Assembly: GCA_964016885.1 (NCBI GenBank)
Contig: OZ024744.1
Location: 7,564,001-7,628,000 of the forward strand
Length of the DNA stretch: 64,000 nt
DNA from: Eledone cirrhosa
Taxonomy: Eukaryota
Direction: 5' to 3'
The notes under the pieces were generated by a model, which had not been told where the DNA came from, did no database searches, and worked only from the letters and a program-made list of their open reading frames with translations. Numbering within the stretch: the stretch's first letter is position 1; each line of letters starts with the position of its first letter. This document shows, piece by piece, positions 40,964-54,785 of this stretch. The position numbers were made by a program, and so were the translations under genes.

Positions 40964-41524
40964 TCGTTTGGAACCCTCGACAATGCAAATGGGTAAATCT
41001 CCGGGTAACAAGATCCGGTGGTGGAGAGAGAGATGTAAGTGGGTGTACGTTGAGATGCCTGGTGTGTATAAGACGTGTAGAAGAATGAAGGAAAGAGTAT
41101 AAAGGATCAAATAAAAATAAGAACACGAGAGAGAGTTACCTTGGGAGAGATTTAATTGTCCCTATATATTTCGGATTCACATCCATCAACTGGGGTTTTT
41201 TTCCGGGGTGGGGGAAAGGTTGTCTGTCAGCGGAGGATGCGTTTCGCACCTTTCCGACAGACAACCTTTCCCCCACCCCGAAAAAAAACCCCAGTTGATG
41301 GATGTGAATCCGAAATATATAGGGACAATTAAATCTCTCCCAAGGTAACTCTCTCTCGTGTTCTTATTTTAATTTTATCCTTTATACTCTTTCCTTCATT
41401 CTTCTACACGTCTTATACACACCACGCATCTCAACGTACACCCACTTACATCTCTCTCTCCACCACCGGATCTTGTTACCCGGAGATTTACCCATTTGCA
41501 TTGTCGAGGCTTCCAAACGACTTA
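40960..41524. mobile_element. ~565-bp palindromic insertion beside (TA)n, probably pLTR arms
   Basis: Arms 40960-41228 and 41256-41524 are near-perfect reverse complements; hammerhead-like motif at 41289-41324. Confidence 0.85.
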
Positions 41525-43139
41525 AATATATTTACCTATTATTCCACAATGCTTCAAGCAAACTTCAATACTCTCTTATATAGTTCAAGGAAACAACAAG
41601 CTGAGGTACAAAACGTCATATTAGTTTCACACTTTATATGGAAAAGACTAAAGTTATGCACTCGACTCCATTATCGATATACTCCTCAGACTGGCCATTC
41701 AACGTGTATTCAACATATTTAGAGTCTATGTATGACAACATTTGCGTACGTGGCTATTTAGTAATATATTGAGCGTTTGTGAGGAATACACTTTTAATTA
41801 TCCTTAACGAATTGTGTGTAAGTGTATATGTGTGTGCATGTATTCGTGTGTGTATGTACTGTGGATGTGTGTCATTGTGCGTGTATGTATCCGTGTATGT
41901 GTGTAGGTACTCTGGCTGTGTGTATATGTGTATGCATGTATCCGTGTGTTTGTGTAGGTACTGTGGATGTGTGTGGGTGAATTTCAAAAAATAAGAACGT
42001 CATATTTTGCAGGTAATTATATTACTTGATGCAATTTCATTCAACGATAAAACCATTCTACATCTATTAATGAGTTATTAGAATATATTCTAAGTATCCT
42101 AAATTATTATGTAATTTTTGTTGATTGACATTGTTTTACACATTTTAATTAATGCATAATAATGCAGGTTAATTGCAATTCCATATTGTTTACCTTAAAT
42201 ATATAGGAAGGCGAACGGGAGACAAAATAAAAAGGATTTTAAAACACGGGGAGCCATGGAAGTTGTGAAGCAGCTGAATAATTGTTCTTCTGTTGGTTGT
42301 TGAATCCTTTAGTAACTAATATATATATATGTATATATATATATTACTTCACGATGAAACACTGTTTTCTACATTTATTACATCGTCAATAGTGTTATTT
42401 AGGTATACCCTTGAAAATATTTGCAACAAATGATTATAATTTGAACATTTTAATACATAAATGCCCCATACACATACACGACCAAGACACACATACATGT
42501 GTTTTCTCAGATATATTTTCTTTTGATGTTATTTCTGATTATTTTAGAATAGCATATTACACTCTTCTCCACCTTCCTTCTGAAATTATTACTTTACTTT
42601 AATGATAAATGGATGCAACTTGTCTAATGGTTAAGGTGTTGCTCTCACTGGTGAGGAGTGATGATCATAGCTTTGTTTCAGCGAGGCACATACATATCTT
42701 CCCTCACTTCACCAAAAATAATGTTGTCCAAGGGAAAGGCAAAGGCTGATACAATCTGGCACCAGTGACTTTGCAACACATTCTATATATATAAACTCTA
42801 TATTCTATATGTCCACTATCTATCTATCTATCTATATATCTATATAGGGAGGGTAAAATTCCCGAGATCAATGGACGAGTTCTCTCTAGCGGTCTCTGTC
42901 CTTCATCATTGTCGCCATGTCCTGCGTCTCCAAGAGACCCGTGTCTGTCCTTAGGGCATCAACATATGTCAACCTCGGCCTGCTTCTTCTAGTATCTATA
43001 TACCCACTATATATATATACACTATATATGCACTATAAATTCTATATATCCACTATATATGAGGTTGTCCAAGGGAAAAGTAAATGGTGTTACAACCAGG
43101 CAACAGTGTCATAGAACATATTCTATATATATACACTAT

Positions 43140-44087
43140 ACTCTATATTCACATGCGCATCAGAAAATCTAATATATCTATTAACTTGTTCAGGTTGTCG
43201 AGAACAATACATAGGCCAGACCAAAAACACCCTCCGCCAACGCATGACTGTCCATAGATCCCAAATTAAAATACGGGAATACAGGAAAATACCACTGAGT
43301 GAACACATTGATACCTGTGCCGCCCAAAATCATCCCAACATACAAATTTAAAGATAATGCCACCCACACCCAGCGCATCAGCATGGAATCTCACTTTATT
43401 AACAAATACGGACCCCGTCTAAACACTTCTCCCTAAGACGAACCCACAACATACACACGTCAACATACATACCTACATCAGCATACATCCTACATACATT
43501 TCTATCCACATATAAACACAATGACATACGTAAACACACATGTTCTATGGTGCAACACAAATATACACAAATTTGCATATCTTTTGATGTCTATAGATAT
43601 AAACGTGCCGACACACACACATACATATACGCACACATGCATTGCACACTGATGGGCACATACATATTTGTACACAAGTATTCCAATACGGCAGGGCCTA
43701 ATGGATTCCCCTTGCAGTACGTACAATCTGGACACTCACACACACATTGGTATTATGCCAATACTATATATCATTTCACACCTTCTATTATTAATGTGTT
43801 TGGTGTTCTATTGAGAGAATCGTTTTTGCAGAAAATATCGAATAATGTACACCATTTTTACTAGAATCACAAAAATACTAGTCCACCCACACATACACAC
43901 ATACACACACACACACATATACACACACACATACACACGCGTACACTAACATACAAAGAGACATATACACACACACACACTTCGTATAAGACAAGAGCTG
44001 AAATATATATTTCAACATGTTAAAATATCCCCCACACCCGTACAGACACATTCCTACTACCCGATCCCTCTACCACGAATTACTCGG

Positions 44088-44135
<48 letters not shown>

Positions 44136-44552
44136 TTGTCTTAAAAGACTTATTTTTCAGTTACTTCTCAATCAGGCGAAAAAGGACACTCTTTGACAAA
44201 TCTACATTTGGCGCAAGATCAATTTTTAACATTCACGTGACCTCTACCGACCAATCAAAATTGTTTTGACCACAAGAATTTTTGCAACACGAATTGGCGC
44301 GAAATTTATTTTAATACTTCTGGAGCCACTTTTTTCACATAAAACAGGTAGAATTTCCAAAATTAATCAGTTTAGAGCAAACATCACGGACGCTCTATCT
44401 CAAAATTATTTTTGAAAAGCATTAGAAATGCGCAACCGGTAAAACTTAAAACCAAAACTGAATACTAACCAATACTATTACTAATTTATACTCATTCCTA
44501 ATTAAACTATTTTTCACTGGGAACAATTTGTCAGCATTTTCTTTTCCTTTTA

Positions 44553-44557
<5 letters not shown>
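43140..44557 (+). mobile_element. 5'-truncated Neptune-like PLE (family K): GIY-YIG remnant, 3' UTR, pLTR with variant hammerhead at 44409-44444
   Basis: FTCASENLIYLLTCSGCREQYIGQTKNTLRQRMTVHRSQ; second copy at 62073-63627 (minus). Confidence 0.85.
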
Positions 44558-44612
<55 letters not shown>

Positions 44613-44713
44613 CATGCATATATATATAAATATATTCATATATATACATACATATATATATAAATATATTCATATATATACATACATATATATATACATA
44701 CATACATACATAC

Positions 44714-44785
<72 letters not shown>

Positions 44786-44978
44786 CGGAAGAAATGTGGT
44801 AAGGAACCAGGTAGACCATAACGCACCAAAGTACTCAATACTTAGGGTAGTAGAGTGGGTAATAGGAACGAGTAGGACCCCGACGGCTAATTAGCCATCG
44901 AAAATTAGCCGTCGAAACGGTTTGAGCTCAGCCGTCGGGGTCCTACCCGTTCCTATATATAAATATATATATATACAT

Positions 44979-45094
<116 letters not shown>

Positions 45095-45351
45095 ATAAAA
45101 GAAGAATCGGAAATAGAAGTTAGGAATACCCGACATCAGTTGTCTACAGCCATCATAAGTATTTATTCGCATTACAGACAATATACCTCCAGCTAGGGCG
45201 ATGCAATAACTAAAATAAGTTATTGGGATAAAAAGATTTGGGTGGAGAAAGAGAGACAGGTAAACAGACACAGATACACACACACACACATATATATATA
45301 TATTATGGTTTTATAAATATAGTTTCCATTTATTAATATATTGTGTGTGTG

Positions 45352-45392
<41 letters not shown>

Positions 45393-45458
45393 ATAATAAT
45401 AAATTTGAAGACTAAAATCCAAAGAGGGCTCGATAAGGATAATCTGTTATTTTAATAA

Positions 45459-45535
<77 letters not shown>

Positions 45536-45539
45536 TATC

Positions 45540-46168
45540 ACCCCAGCGAACCAACCATATTCACTGAACCAGAAGAATTCTCCCCATCCCATTTTTCTTG
45601 AACATTATCTTTTGTTTGTCATAACATTCTCTAAAAGGCTACAAAATAAATTCCCAAATACGGGCCCGAAATTTAATGAACTTGTTCACGTGACAGGAAT
45701 AATTCCATTTATAACCAATAAAATTACATTTATGTAAAAAAAACCTTCGTGAGCCACCTTTTTTTAAGTAAAAAGAAATTCAAACAAACTGGCGCGAAAG
45801 CTGATGTGCTTATTCACGTGACTGCTGCATCAACCAACCACACTTCACTCATATATGAAAAAAAAACCTGACCCCCCCCCCTCCCATTGTTTGAAGAACT
45901 TTGTAACGCGAACTGGCGCGAAATTTATTATACTTATTCACCAACCAATCAAATTACTTCTCTAAAAACCTGGCATTTCGAGCCACTTTTTTCCATATAA
46001 AACAAGAAACATTCAGAGACCAACCAGATGTGAGAAAAACCACAGACCCTCCATCTCAACTCTACTTTTGAAAAGCAGAAGAACTGCGAAACCGGTAAAG
46101 GAACCAAATAAATATATATATATTTTTTAAAATAAGACTCCAGTTGCATTTTCGATTTCATCTTTTTT

Positions 46169-46172
<4 letters not shown>
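45540..46172 (+). mobile_element. Family-J pLTR (promoter modules and U3-A8 hammerhead at 46065-46100)
   Basis: Reverse-complement homologue of 20936-21572, flanked by (TA)n. Confidence 0.85.
45663..46002 (+). promoter_or_regulatory. Candidate pLTR promoter: three E2F-like/E-box/CCAAT modules (third lacks the full E-box) plus TATA
   Basis: GGC(C/G)CGAAA at 45663, 45791, 45915; TCACGTGAC at 45686, 45814; CCAAT at 45715, 45945; TATAAAA at 45996. Confidence 0.55.
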
Positions 46173-46252
<80 letters not shown>

Positions 46253-46255
<3 letters not shown>

Positions 46256-46380
46256 GTTATTCTGGGTTCAATCCCGGATACCCACAGTAGATAAGGTTCT
46301 ACAGGACTAGGACTGTTTCATTCGTGAGAAATCATCACTGATGATTTCTCACGAATGAAACAGTTCTAGTCCTGCAGAAG

Positions 46381-46385
<5 letters not shown>
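46253..46385. mobile_element. Family-D fold-back with back-to-back hammerhead cores (others 6102-6241, 55905-56069)
   Basis: ttctacaggactaggactgtttcattcgtgagaaatcatca | ctgatgatttctcacgaatgaaacagttctagtcctgcagaa. Confidence 0.8.
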
Positions 46386-46417
<32 letters not shown>

Positions 46418-46913
46418 GAATGATCGAGAATCGGAATATCGGCCCACGAAATCACGATAAACAATATCCGACATGTGTGGCAGAGGGCCCAAAGGTTTGG
46501 ATAAACCAGAGCTATAACTATCGTTAAAATACCAACACACAGAGATCATGCCTAAAATCACCCGTGCAGCCGAAAAAGAACGACCAGGAAGATTCGGGTC
46601 ACTCAAATAAATTATCAATAAATTTATAAATTAAATGAATGTAAAAAACTCACCCGGACCCGCTAGAAAGATGTTAAAATCTAGCTTTATGGGTTTCTGC
46701 AATTCCTTAATCAAATCACTATCAGCCCACATAAAAATATATATATGACTTCTAGTGAGGAGACGAACGAGGAAGAGCTTCTTCAACGAGTTTCCGTTCA
46801 AAAATACAGAGGGATACACAGCCAAAAACGCACATGGTATACAGCAAGGGAGGGAACCCCTATATTAGCGAAAGAATTCGGTGATGTGTAATTTATGTAA
46901 TAATACAAAGTAT

Positions 46914-46976
<63 letters not shown>

Positions 46977-48275
46977 TATAAAGCTGATGGCCGTATGTAA
47001 GTAACAAACTTCCGGCCAAACAGTTGGACCAAACAGCACCATATTTGAACCATAGATGTAATTTTTTACAAGTAAAGAAGTGAGGGTATTTTTGTCTACT
47101 GAATTTTTGTTAAAAGATCAAAGACATTATTTAAATAGTCACTTCTTTAAAATTTCAAATTTCAACACTTCCGGTTATACGACATTCCTAATGTCTTCAC
47201 GAACCAAAGTATCATCTTCCTGTTTTCTTTCTGTTGCAACGTTTTTCGAAATATTTACTTCTGCATTCACGCATTGATATTTTTAGCTTCAGAAGATCCC
47301 GTTAATGGTGAAAGCAGCGATTCTGAGCTTAAACTTTAATCTGTTATTTTAATATATATATATATAATTATATATTCGTGTACAGATATTTTTGCATACA
47401 GAAAAACAAAATATAAACAAACGTATTTATTTCACGAAAGCACAGACGGCTTATCGTCATTGTTACTGCTGATATGCCAACCAATAAGTCCCAGCCTGGC
47501 CGCAAGATCAGATTTTCCAGAAGAAAAAATGTTACTAGAGCAACAGAGAGACTAAGCTTCGCGATTACCATCAACAAAGCTCAGAGTCAAACCCTAAAAT
47601 AGCTGGCCTTCATCTGGGAAAACCATGGTCAGTTGTATGTAGGATGCTCTAGGGTGAGCTAAGGAAGAGGAGAGGAAGGAGAGAAGGAGAAAGGAAACCT
47701 ACAATGACAGAACATCTTAAAGTTTACCCAAGCCAAATGTTGTATTTGTTAACATTTCTATCTGCAGGTTCTTAGCAAGCTTACTGGCGCTTTAGTATGG
47801 TTTTCAATTCTCACATCGTTTTTGATTGATATGATGCATATATCGCAGCTATTCATATGTTTTAAACATTAGATAACGATTGCTGATGTATATTGTACAA
47901 CAGAATTAGCTGAAAAATATTTTGAATGAACAAATAAAAGAGATATAAAAGAGAGATGTTTGTTGGTTGGTTCCTTCGCGTATCACACGAAAAAAAACGA
48001 AAAATGACAATCGGAAAGTATGTACAGGATTGGGATAAGAGTATATCCAGGAAAGTTTATTGATACTAATTTTATAACACCAAAGAAGGAGAAAGACATA
48101 CCACGTATGCTAACCAACCTGACTGCTATTTCTAGCAGGCTGAGAATCAACCATAAGGGATTCTCTCTCGAGTTCGTTGTCAGTGATGATCGTGTTTCGC
48201 GGCCTAGGTCTCCGTTTCCAACGGTGGATTACACACACACACACGCACACGCACATACACGAACATTCACACAAG

Positions 48276-48321
<46 letters not shown>

Positions 48322-48624
48322 TATATATATAAACATACACACACACACATATATATATACACACACACAAACACATACACACGCATGAACACTCACACAC
48401 ATATATATATATATATATATACACAAACACACACAAACACACACACATACACACACATACGCATGCACACACACACACACTCACACACACACACACAATA
48501 CACACACACTGTAAACAAGACAATACATTCAATACAGACGTTTTCTCTGCTGCCAGTCTTCTCTTATTATTTGTTAACCTTGGCGAAGCTGGGTACCTCA
48601 GCTAGTATATATATATATATTTCA

Positions 48625-49930
48625 GTGAACTAGCGTCCGATCTCACTCACCTCTCATATTATCAAGGTATCTAAGAGGGTGGTGAGATCACGAATAACCC
48701 ACTTTCTTGAAAACAACGGCCTGCTGAACTCCAACCAACATGGATTCCGAAATGGAAGGGACTGCCTAACGCATCTCCTGCATCACTTTGACGATGTTTT
48801 GAGAGCCTTGGGGGAGGGCTCCAACACTGATGTCATCTACCTTGATTTCAGCAAGGCCTTCTACTGAAAAAAACTATCCAATATTGGTGTCTCTGGAAAT
48901 GTTTCCAGACAGACAGAATCCAACATGTTGCAGTCGAAGGAGTAAAATCAAGCCCTGCCAAATTCAGCTGTGGCGTCCCACAAGGCACTGTGTTGGGCCC
49001 ACTTCTTCTCATCATCTACATTAATGACATTACTAACATCATCAAACACAGTAACATCAGAATCTTCGCAGATGATTCCAAGCTCCAAAGGGTCATCAAT
49101 GAGGTGGGTGACCGGACATGCCTTCAGTCAGATTTACTGAATCCAATGGGAAGAAAAGAACAATATGATGTTGAATGAGGATAAGTTTGAATTAATCCAC
49201 TTTGGAAAAAAGGATGCCCTGAAACTACCATACTCTGTTCTTTCGGGTGAAACTCTAGTGGCATCCGAAGATATCAGAAACTTGGGAGTAATTGTTGACA
49301 ACAACATAACATGGGCCACTCATATAAAAACCAAAGTCGACATGGCCCACAGAATATGTTCCTGGATTCTCAGACCCTTCCAATCGAGAGATATCCGCAC
49401 TGTTATTCTTCTCTTCTCCACTTTTTCCCGACCCCACCTTGAATACTGTTGTCCACTGTGGTCTCCCGACACGAAACAAAGTAACATGACAGTTGAAGCA
49501 CCCCAAATATCGATTACAAAAAAGATAGATGGCATGACAGGCCTTGACTATTGGGGTCGATTAGAAAAGCTCAACCTTTATTCTCTTCAACGTCGCCGAG
49601 AGCGCTACATTATCTGCATGACGTGGAAAATATTCCACCAGCTTTGCCCAAATGATGTTGGCATCACCTTTAGTGTGCACCCAAGGCTTGGGCCCCGTGC
49701 TATCCGCCCATAACAAAAATCTCACTCACATCACATAACAACAATACGGCACAATTATTTCACCTCAATTGGCCCTGCACTCTTTAACATTACACCAAAA
49801 CACATCAAAACAGAAACAGACCCCATCAAGTTCAAGAAGTCTTTGGACAAATTCCTTCTAGAAATCCCGGATAAGCCTCCTACACCCGGATATGCCTCCG
49901 TAAACAATAACTCTCTGCTCGAGTGGGCCA
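48625..49930 (+). pseudogene. CR1-group LINE RT, 5'-truncated and frameshifted, flanked by (TA)n
   Basis: PISLTSHIIKV, NQHGFRNGRDCLTHLL, VIYLDFSKAF, GVPQGTVLGP, IRIFADDSKL, RPHLEYCCPLWSP, LYSLQRRRERY. Confidence 0.88.
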
Positions 49931-50183
49931 TATATATATATATATATATATATACAGATATGTATATGTATATATATATATATATATGTATATATATACA
50001 TATTTGTATATACATATATATACATATACATATTTGTATATACATATATTTATATGTATATATGTTTATCTATATATATAGATATATATACATCTTTGTT
50101 CTCTATATATTAAAACTATTGATACACTGCTCTCCAAGAGCATCGAGTGCTCACTCGGCAATTAACTTGCACCTTAGCACACA

Positions 50184-50277
<94 letters not shown>

Positions 50278-51049
50278 GTATATATACATGCATATATGCA
50301 TGTGTATTTACATACATATACATGAATATATATGTACACATATATATACATATGTATATGTAAGTACATACACACATATATACATATATTTATATACATA
50401 CATACATCTCTATATATAATTATATATATATATATGTGTGTGTGTTTGTGTGCAGGAACCGCAAATGCCACTAAACAACTACATAAATACAGAATAACAT
50501 GAAATAGGTAAGCAGCAAGCAAATGCACTCAACTTGTGGTGAGTTCCCATGAGGATGACACAAGATTATAAAACAATAACATTGTCATAAAGTAGGAGAA
50601 CAAAAAGCCTGTTAACGTCACTCATCTCCAAGCGATGTTTTCTTTTCCCAACCATAGATAATTAGGAGAGAATTTCTAAGCTCTGTAAACGGCTGATTCT
50701 ATATTTACACTCTCTTTCACATATTCATACGATTCTCACACAAGTCCTCCTCTCACTTGCTTTTCATACTACTCACACATTTAACCAAGAACACCCACAC
50801 CTATACACAGCCCTCATATATATATATCATATATATATATATATATATATTTATATATGATATATATGTGTATGTGTGTATACTACAACTCACACATTTA
50901 AGCAAGAAAAGAGCCACTTACACACAGCCTCCCCTATATATATATAATATATATATATATATTATATATATATATATTATATATATATATATATATATAC
51001 ATATATATGTGTGTGTGTGTATGTGTGTGTGTGTGTGTATACTCCCGTG

Positions 51050-51270
51050 AAGGCGTGTGGCTGAGTGGTTAGAGATTTGGATTCGACATCGTGAGGTTGT
51101 GAGTTCGATTCCTGAACTGGGTGATGTGTTATGTGCTTGAGCAAGACACTTTATTTCACGTTGCTCCTTCTACCTGGAGTTGTGACCAATAGATAGTATT
51201 ACCAACCGTAAAGACCAACAGAGACATTGTTTCCTCGGTCCGATTTGACAACAGTCAATCGTTCCTTGAT
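51050..51270 (+). mobile_element. Second tRNA-derived SINE family (another copy ~60627-60960)
   Basis: A box TGGCTGAGTGG, B box GAGTTCGATTCC, followed by cttgagcaagacactttatttcacgttgct in both copies. Confidence 0.7.
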
Positions 51271-52000
51271 ACGTGTATACATATGTATTTATAGTGATCT
51301 TATACATACTTATGTACATATATATGTATATGTCTGTGTGAGTCTGAATATATATATATATACACATACATATTTTTGTATGTGTGTATATATATGTATA
51401 TATGTGTGTGTGTGTTTGTGTATGTGCATACTGGAATAAGTAATATCACGCATTTCCCTGGGGAAAACACCAAACAATTATACATATATTGGCAACAAGT
51501 GAAAAGAAAGAAATCCGTGGTTACTCGCTATCGAAATGTACGAACACGGAACACCACAAACGGTTCTGCTGGTATATCGGAAACATGTTATCCAAGGGAA
51601 GGGCAAAGTCCGATACAGCCAGGCACCAGTGACATGGAAACATATTCTATATATAAACTCTATACTCTATTTATCCATTATATATATATCCGGGGACACA
51701 GTGTTGGCCAAAATAGTCAAACATTATCCTTGAAATATAACGGTGAAATTTAAACAAATGTTGAGTACAGAGAATTAAATGTACGACATTTATGACGTAT
51801 AACATATGAGAAAAGAGGCAGACATGGAGATAAAGTAGAAATAGACTGAGAGCACATCATGGCGCTCAGAGAAGGAAACTTTCGCCGGATTTAACCGGCG
51901 TGACAAAGCGGTGTGGAAGACACCAAGACAAAATAATGTGTGATAGTATAGGAGATGTGTTGCGATAAAAATAGGCAGCTTAACAATATATCAAATAATT

Positions 52001-52187
52001 GTTTCTACCTTTGGCACAAGGCCAGCAATTATCTCAGTACATTACTGGTACTTTATTTTATCGACCCCGTAAAGGTAAAAGGCAAAGTTAACCTCGGCAG
52101 GATTTGAACGCAGACCGCAAAGGGCCGTCACTCTAAGCTGAAAAATATAGCGTCCGACCCTCTACCGATACTGCCATTTCACCGCCC
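52001..52187 (-). mobile_element. tRNA-derived SINE, TSD TATATCAAATAAT
   Basis: Same family as 34407-34593. Confidence 0.8.
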
Positions 52188-52218
52188 ATTATATCAAATA
52201 ATGGAAGTTAAGACGAGA

Positions 52219-52482
52219 TTAAATCACCATAGTTGTTTATTGTATATATTTCTGCTACATGGTTATGCATGTGACTTCGTCAGATGCTTACGCAATCATT
52301 GTTGCAGTTATGCAATCATAGTGAAGTGGTTCGGTATCACCACTGGATGGACATACATTGCCACCAACATATCACAATGATTATATAATTGCACAAATGA
52401 TTGCGTAAGCATCTGACGAAGTCACATGAATAACCATGTAACAGATATATATATAATGTAATAAACAATTATGGTGATTTAA
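52219..52482. mobile_element. pLTR fold-back with hammerheads at 52243-52289 (-) and 52409-52459 (+)
   Basis: GCAT-CTGACGA-AGTCACATG..CATGTA(A/G)CA-GA(A/T)A-TATATA-TA-ATGT; arms are reverse-complementary. Confidence 0.75.
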
Positions 52483-52629
52483 CTACCAATATTTCATAAA
52501 TAAATACTCTGTCACTCAATATCACCTACCTGGGATAAACTACTGGCGTGGAGTGCTTTGGGTCGGTAGGACCTGTTTATTATCAGGAAGCTACAACGTA
52601 ACAAATAAGGTAAATAACACTCTCATACA

Positions 52630-53160
52630 ACTATATTTTCAAAGCACTTCTGAATATATTTCAGCTCCGGTGGCGCAATTCGAGTGATGTTCTTTTGAGG
52701 CTCACAGCAGGAACCTTTTGGTGACGCCTTCATTTTTGGGAACCCCAAGAAGTCAGAAGGAGCTATGCCTCCAAAGTAAGGTATTTGCCAAGAATCCTTG
52801 GATCAGCTACAACGAATGAGCCAAACAATTGTCATGATGCAGCTATGAGTTTTGTGAAACCAACAGATTCCGTCTCTTGTTTCGAACTACATCATGAAAA
52901 CTTCAGAGAACTCCTGATATGTGTAACTGCTTGTCCTTCTGATACATATTCATGATCCACAACACCTCAATAATCAAAGAAAACAGCCAGCAACATCTTG
53001 ATTTCGCTCCGCACGACATGCTTTCGGGAGCCTTGCCGATTTTGGCTGCTTCCTCTGTAATGTTTCATCTCTAGTTATCACAGTATACAAGATCCTTGTT
53101 GGTAGTGTCGGTCGATATGAAAATGCAACTAGTAGTACGGCAGCTCACGCGCTGGCTGCC
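52630..53160 (-). pseudogene. Decayed mariner transposase
   Basis: MLLAVFFDY*GVVDHEYVSEGQAV, LHHDN and PYFGGIAPSDFLGFPKMK resemble mariner VFFD..GVVH.E, HHDNA and PYSPDLAPSDF motifs. Confidence 0.7.
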
Positions 53161-53204
53161 TAACAACAACTGATGCATCCAGTGGCCTCGCCAAAAAACC
53201 ACGC

Positions 53205-53968
53205 AAAAAGTATGACTCCGACGGCAGAGCTCAAGCCGTTTCGACGGCTATTTCTGGACTCGAAACGGCTTGAGCTCTGCCGTCGGGGTCATTAATTTTC
53301 CTATTACCCACTCTACTACTCTAAGTATTGAGTACTCTGGTGCGTTATGGTCCATCTGGCTCCTTACCATAATTCCTTTGTTATTTAGCTCCTGTCTCTG
53401 TAGTAGAGCACTTTCCGACTCTACCACGCTATATCACGACTTTTCCACCCAGCTCAAGTTTCTTCACCCGCACGATGCGAAAACATAACATCGACTTCTC
53501 CACCAAGAACATCCCAGTTCCACCGAGAAAACTTTACCTTCGGATGCTCACGCAAAAAATCGACCTCTTTGCGAAAAGACTGAGATGGAGAACTTTTTTC
53601 TACGATAGATACCGCGACAATCAGGACTTCGACACCAAGGAGAGATTCGGATTCAATACCTACAAATCTCTCCCTCCAAACCCTATGCACTCACCCTTCG
53701 AGAACGACCTTTTCCATCTGGTCAAGAGCATTAAATTCAAACCCAGACACAACAGATTCCTACAACAACTCCGTAGCAAAATAACAGAGTATGAAAACAC
53801 CAACGACAACATGGTGCACTCGGACAAGCGTCCAGAAATAGCCGTCGAAACGGATTGAGCTCTGCCGTCGGGGTAATACTTGTTCCTATTACCCACTCAA
53901 CTACCCTAAGTATTGAGTATTCTGGTGCGTTATGGTCCACCTGGTTCCTTACCACAATTCCTTCATTA
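53205..53968 (+). mobile_element. Internally deleted Nematis-like PLE (family C): inverted pLTR piece, 5' pLTR, ORF start (53475-53829), 3' pLTR, (TA)n
   Basis: FSTKNIPVP..KRLRWRTFFYD..FENDL..VHSDK is homologous to the N-terminus of 14094-16508 and is flanked by family-C repeats. Confidence 0.85.
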
Positions 53969-54129
53969 TATATATATATAAGTTAATATCATGATTTGAC
54001 CAGCTTTTAACTAGTAAGACCATTATTCAGCAGCGTACTCGATATTTGGGATAGTAGAGTGTGACTATATTAGAAAGAGTCGTGGCCCAACGGCCAAGCT
54101 CTTGTTGTTTCGACAGCTAATTCCAGGTT

Positions 54130-54186
<57 letters not shown>

Positions 54187-54706
54187 ATATATAGTGAGAG
54201 AGAGGAAGGGGAGTAGATAGAAGCCTGATTATTTATGTCAACGTAAGCAATGCTTGCTAACAACGATATCCATGAAAGATGGACATTAGTTTCACGACTT
54301 CTGAAGATGACAAAAGGAAACCCTTAGCAACAGCTGGGAACTTAGGAATTCTCTCCCTTGTTTACTTTTCTGGATTATAACATATCCAATATTGAAATCT
54401 CACATCATTGAATTTGTATTTAGAATCCGAGACAACTTAATATAACATTAAGCAGAGAGCTCCCCTCAAGTAATTTCCGCTTACTTTTTGTTGACACAGA
54501 AACTCTCTATTTCTCCCCTTCACATACAGCTACACACCACCACCACAACCACCACAACCACCACAGACACAACCACCACCACCACCACCACCACCACAAC
54601 CACGACCACAACAACCACAAGCACCACAACTATACACACAACCACACAACCACCACAACCACACACACATCACTCTATCTATCTAATATGTATATATATA
54701 TATATT

Positions 54707-54785
<79 letters not shown>

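Noticed and set aside
54301-54330. CTGAAGA cores here and at 55693
   Set aside because: No stem II, GAAA and stem I arrangement consistent with a hammerhead could be built.
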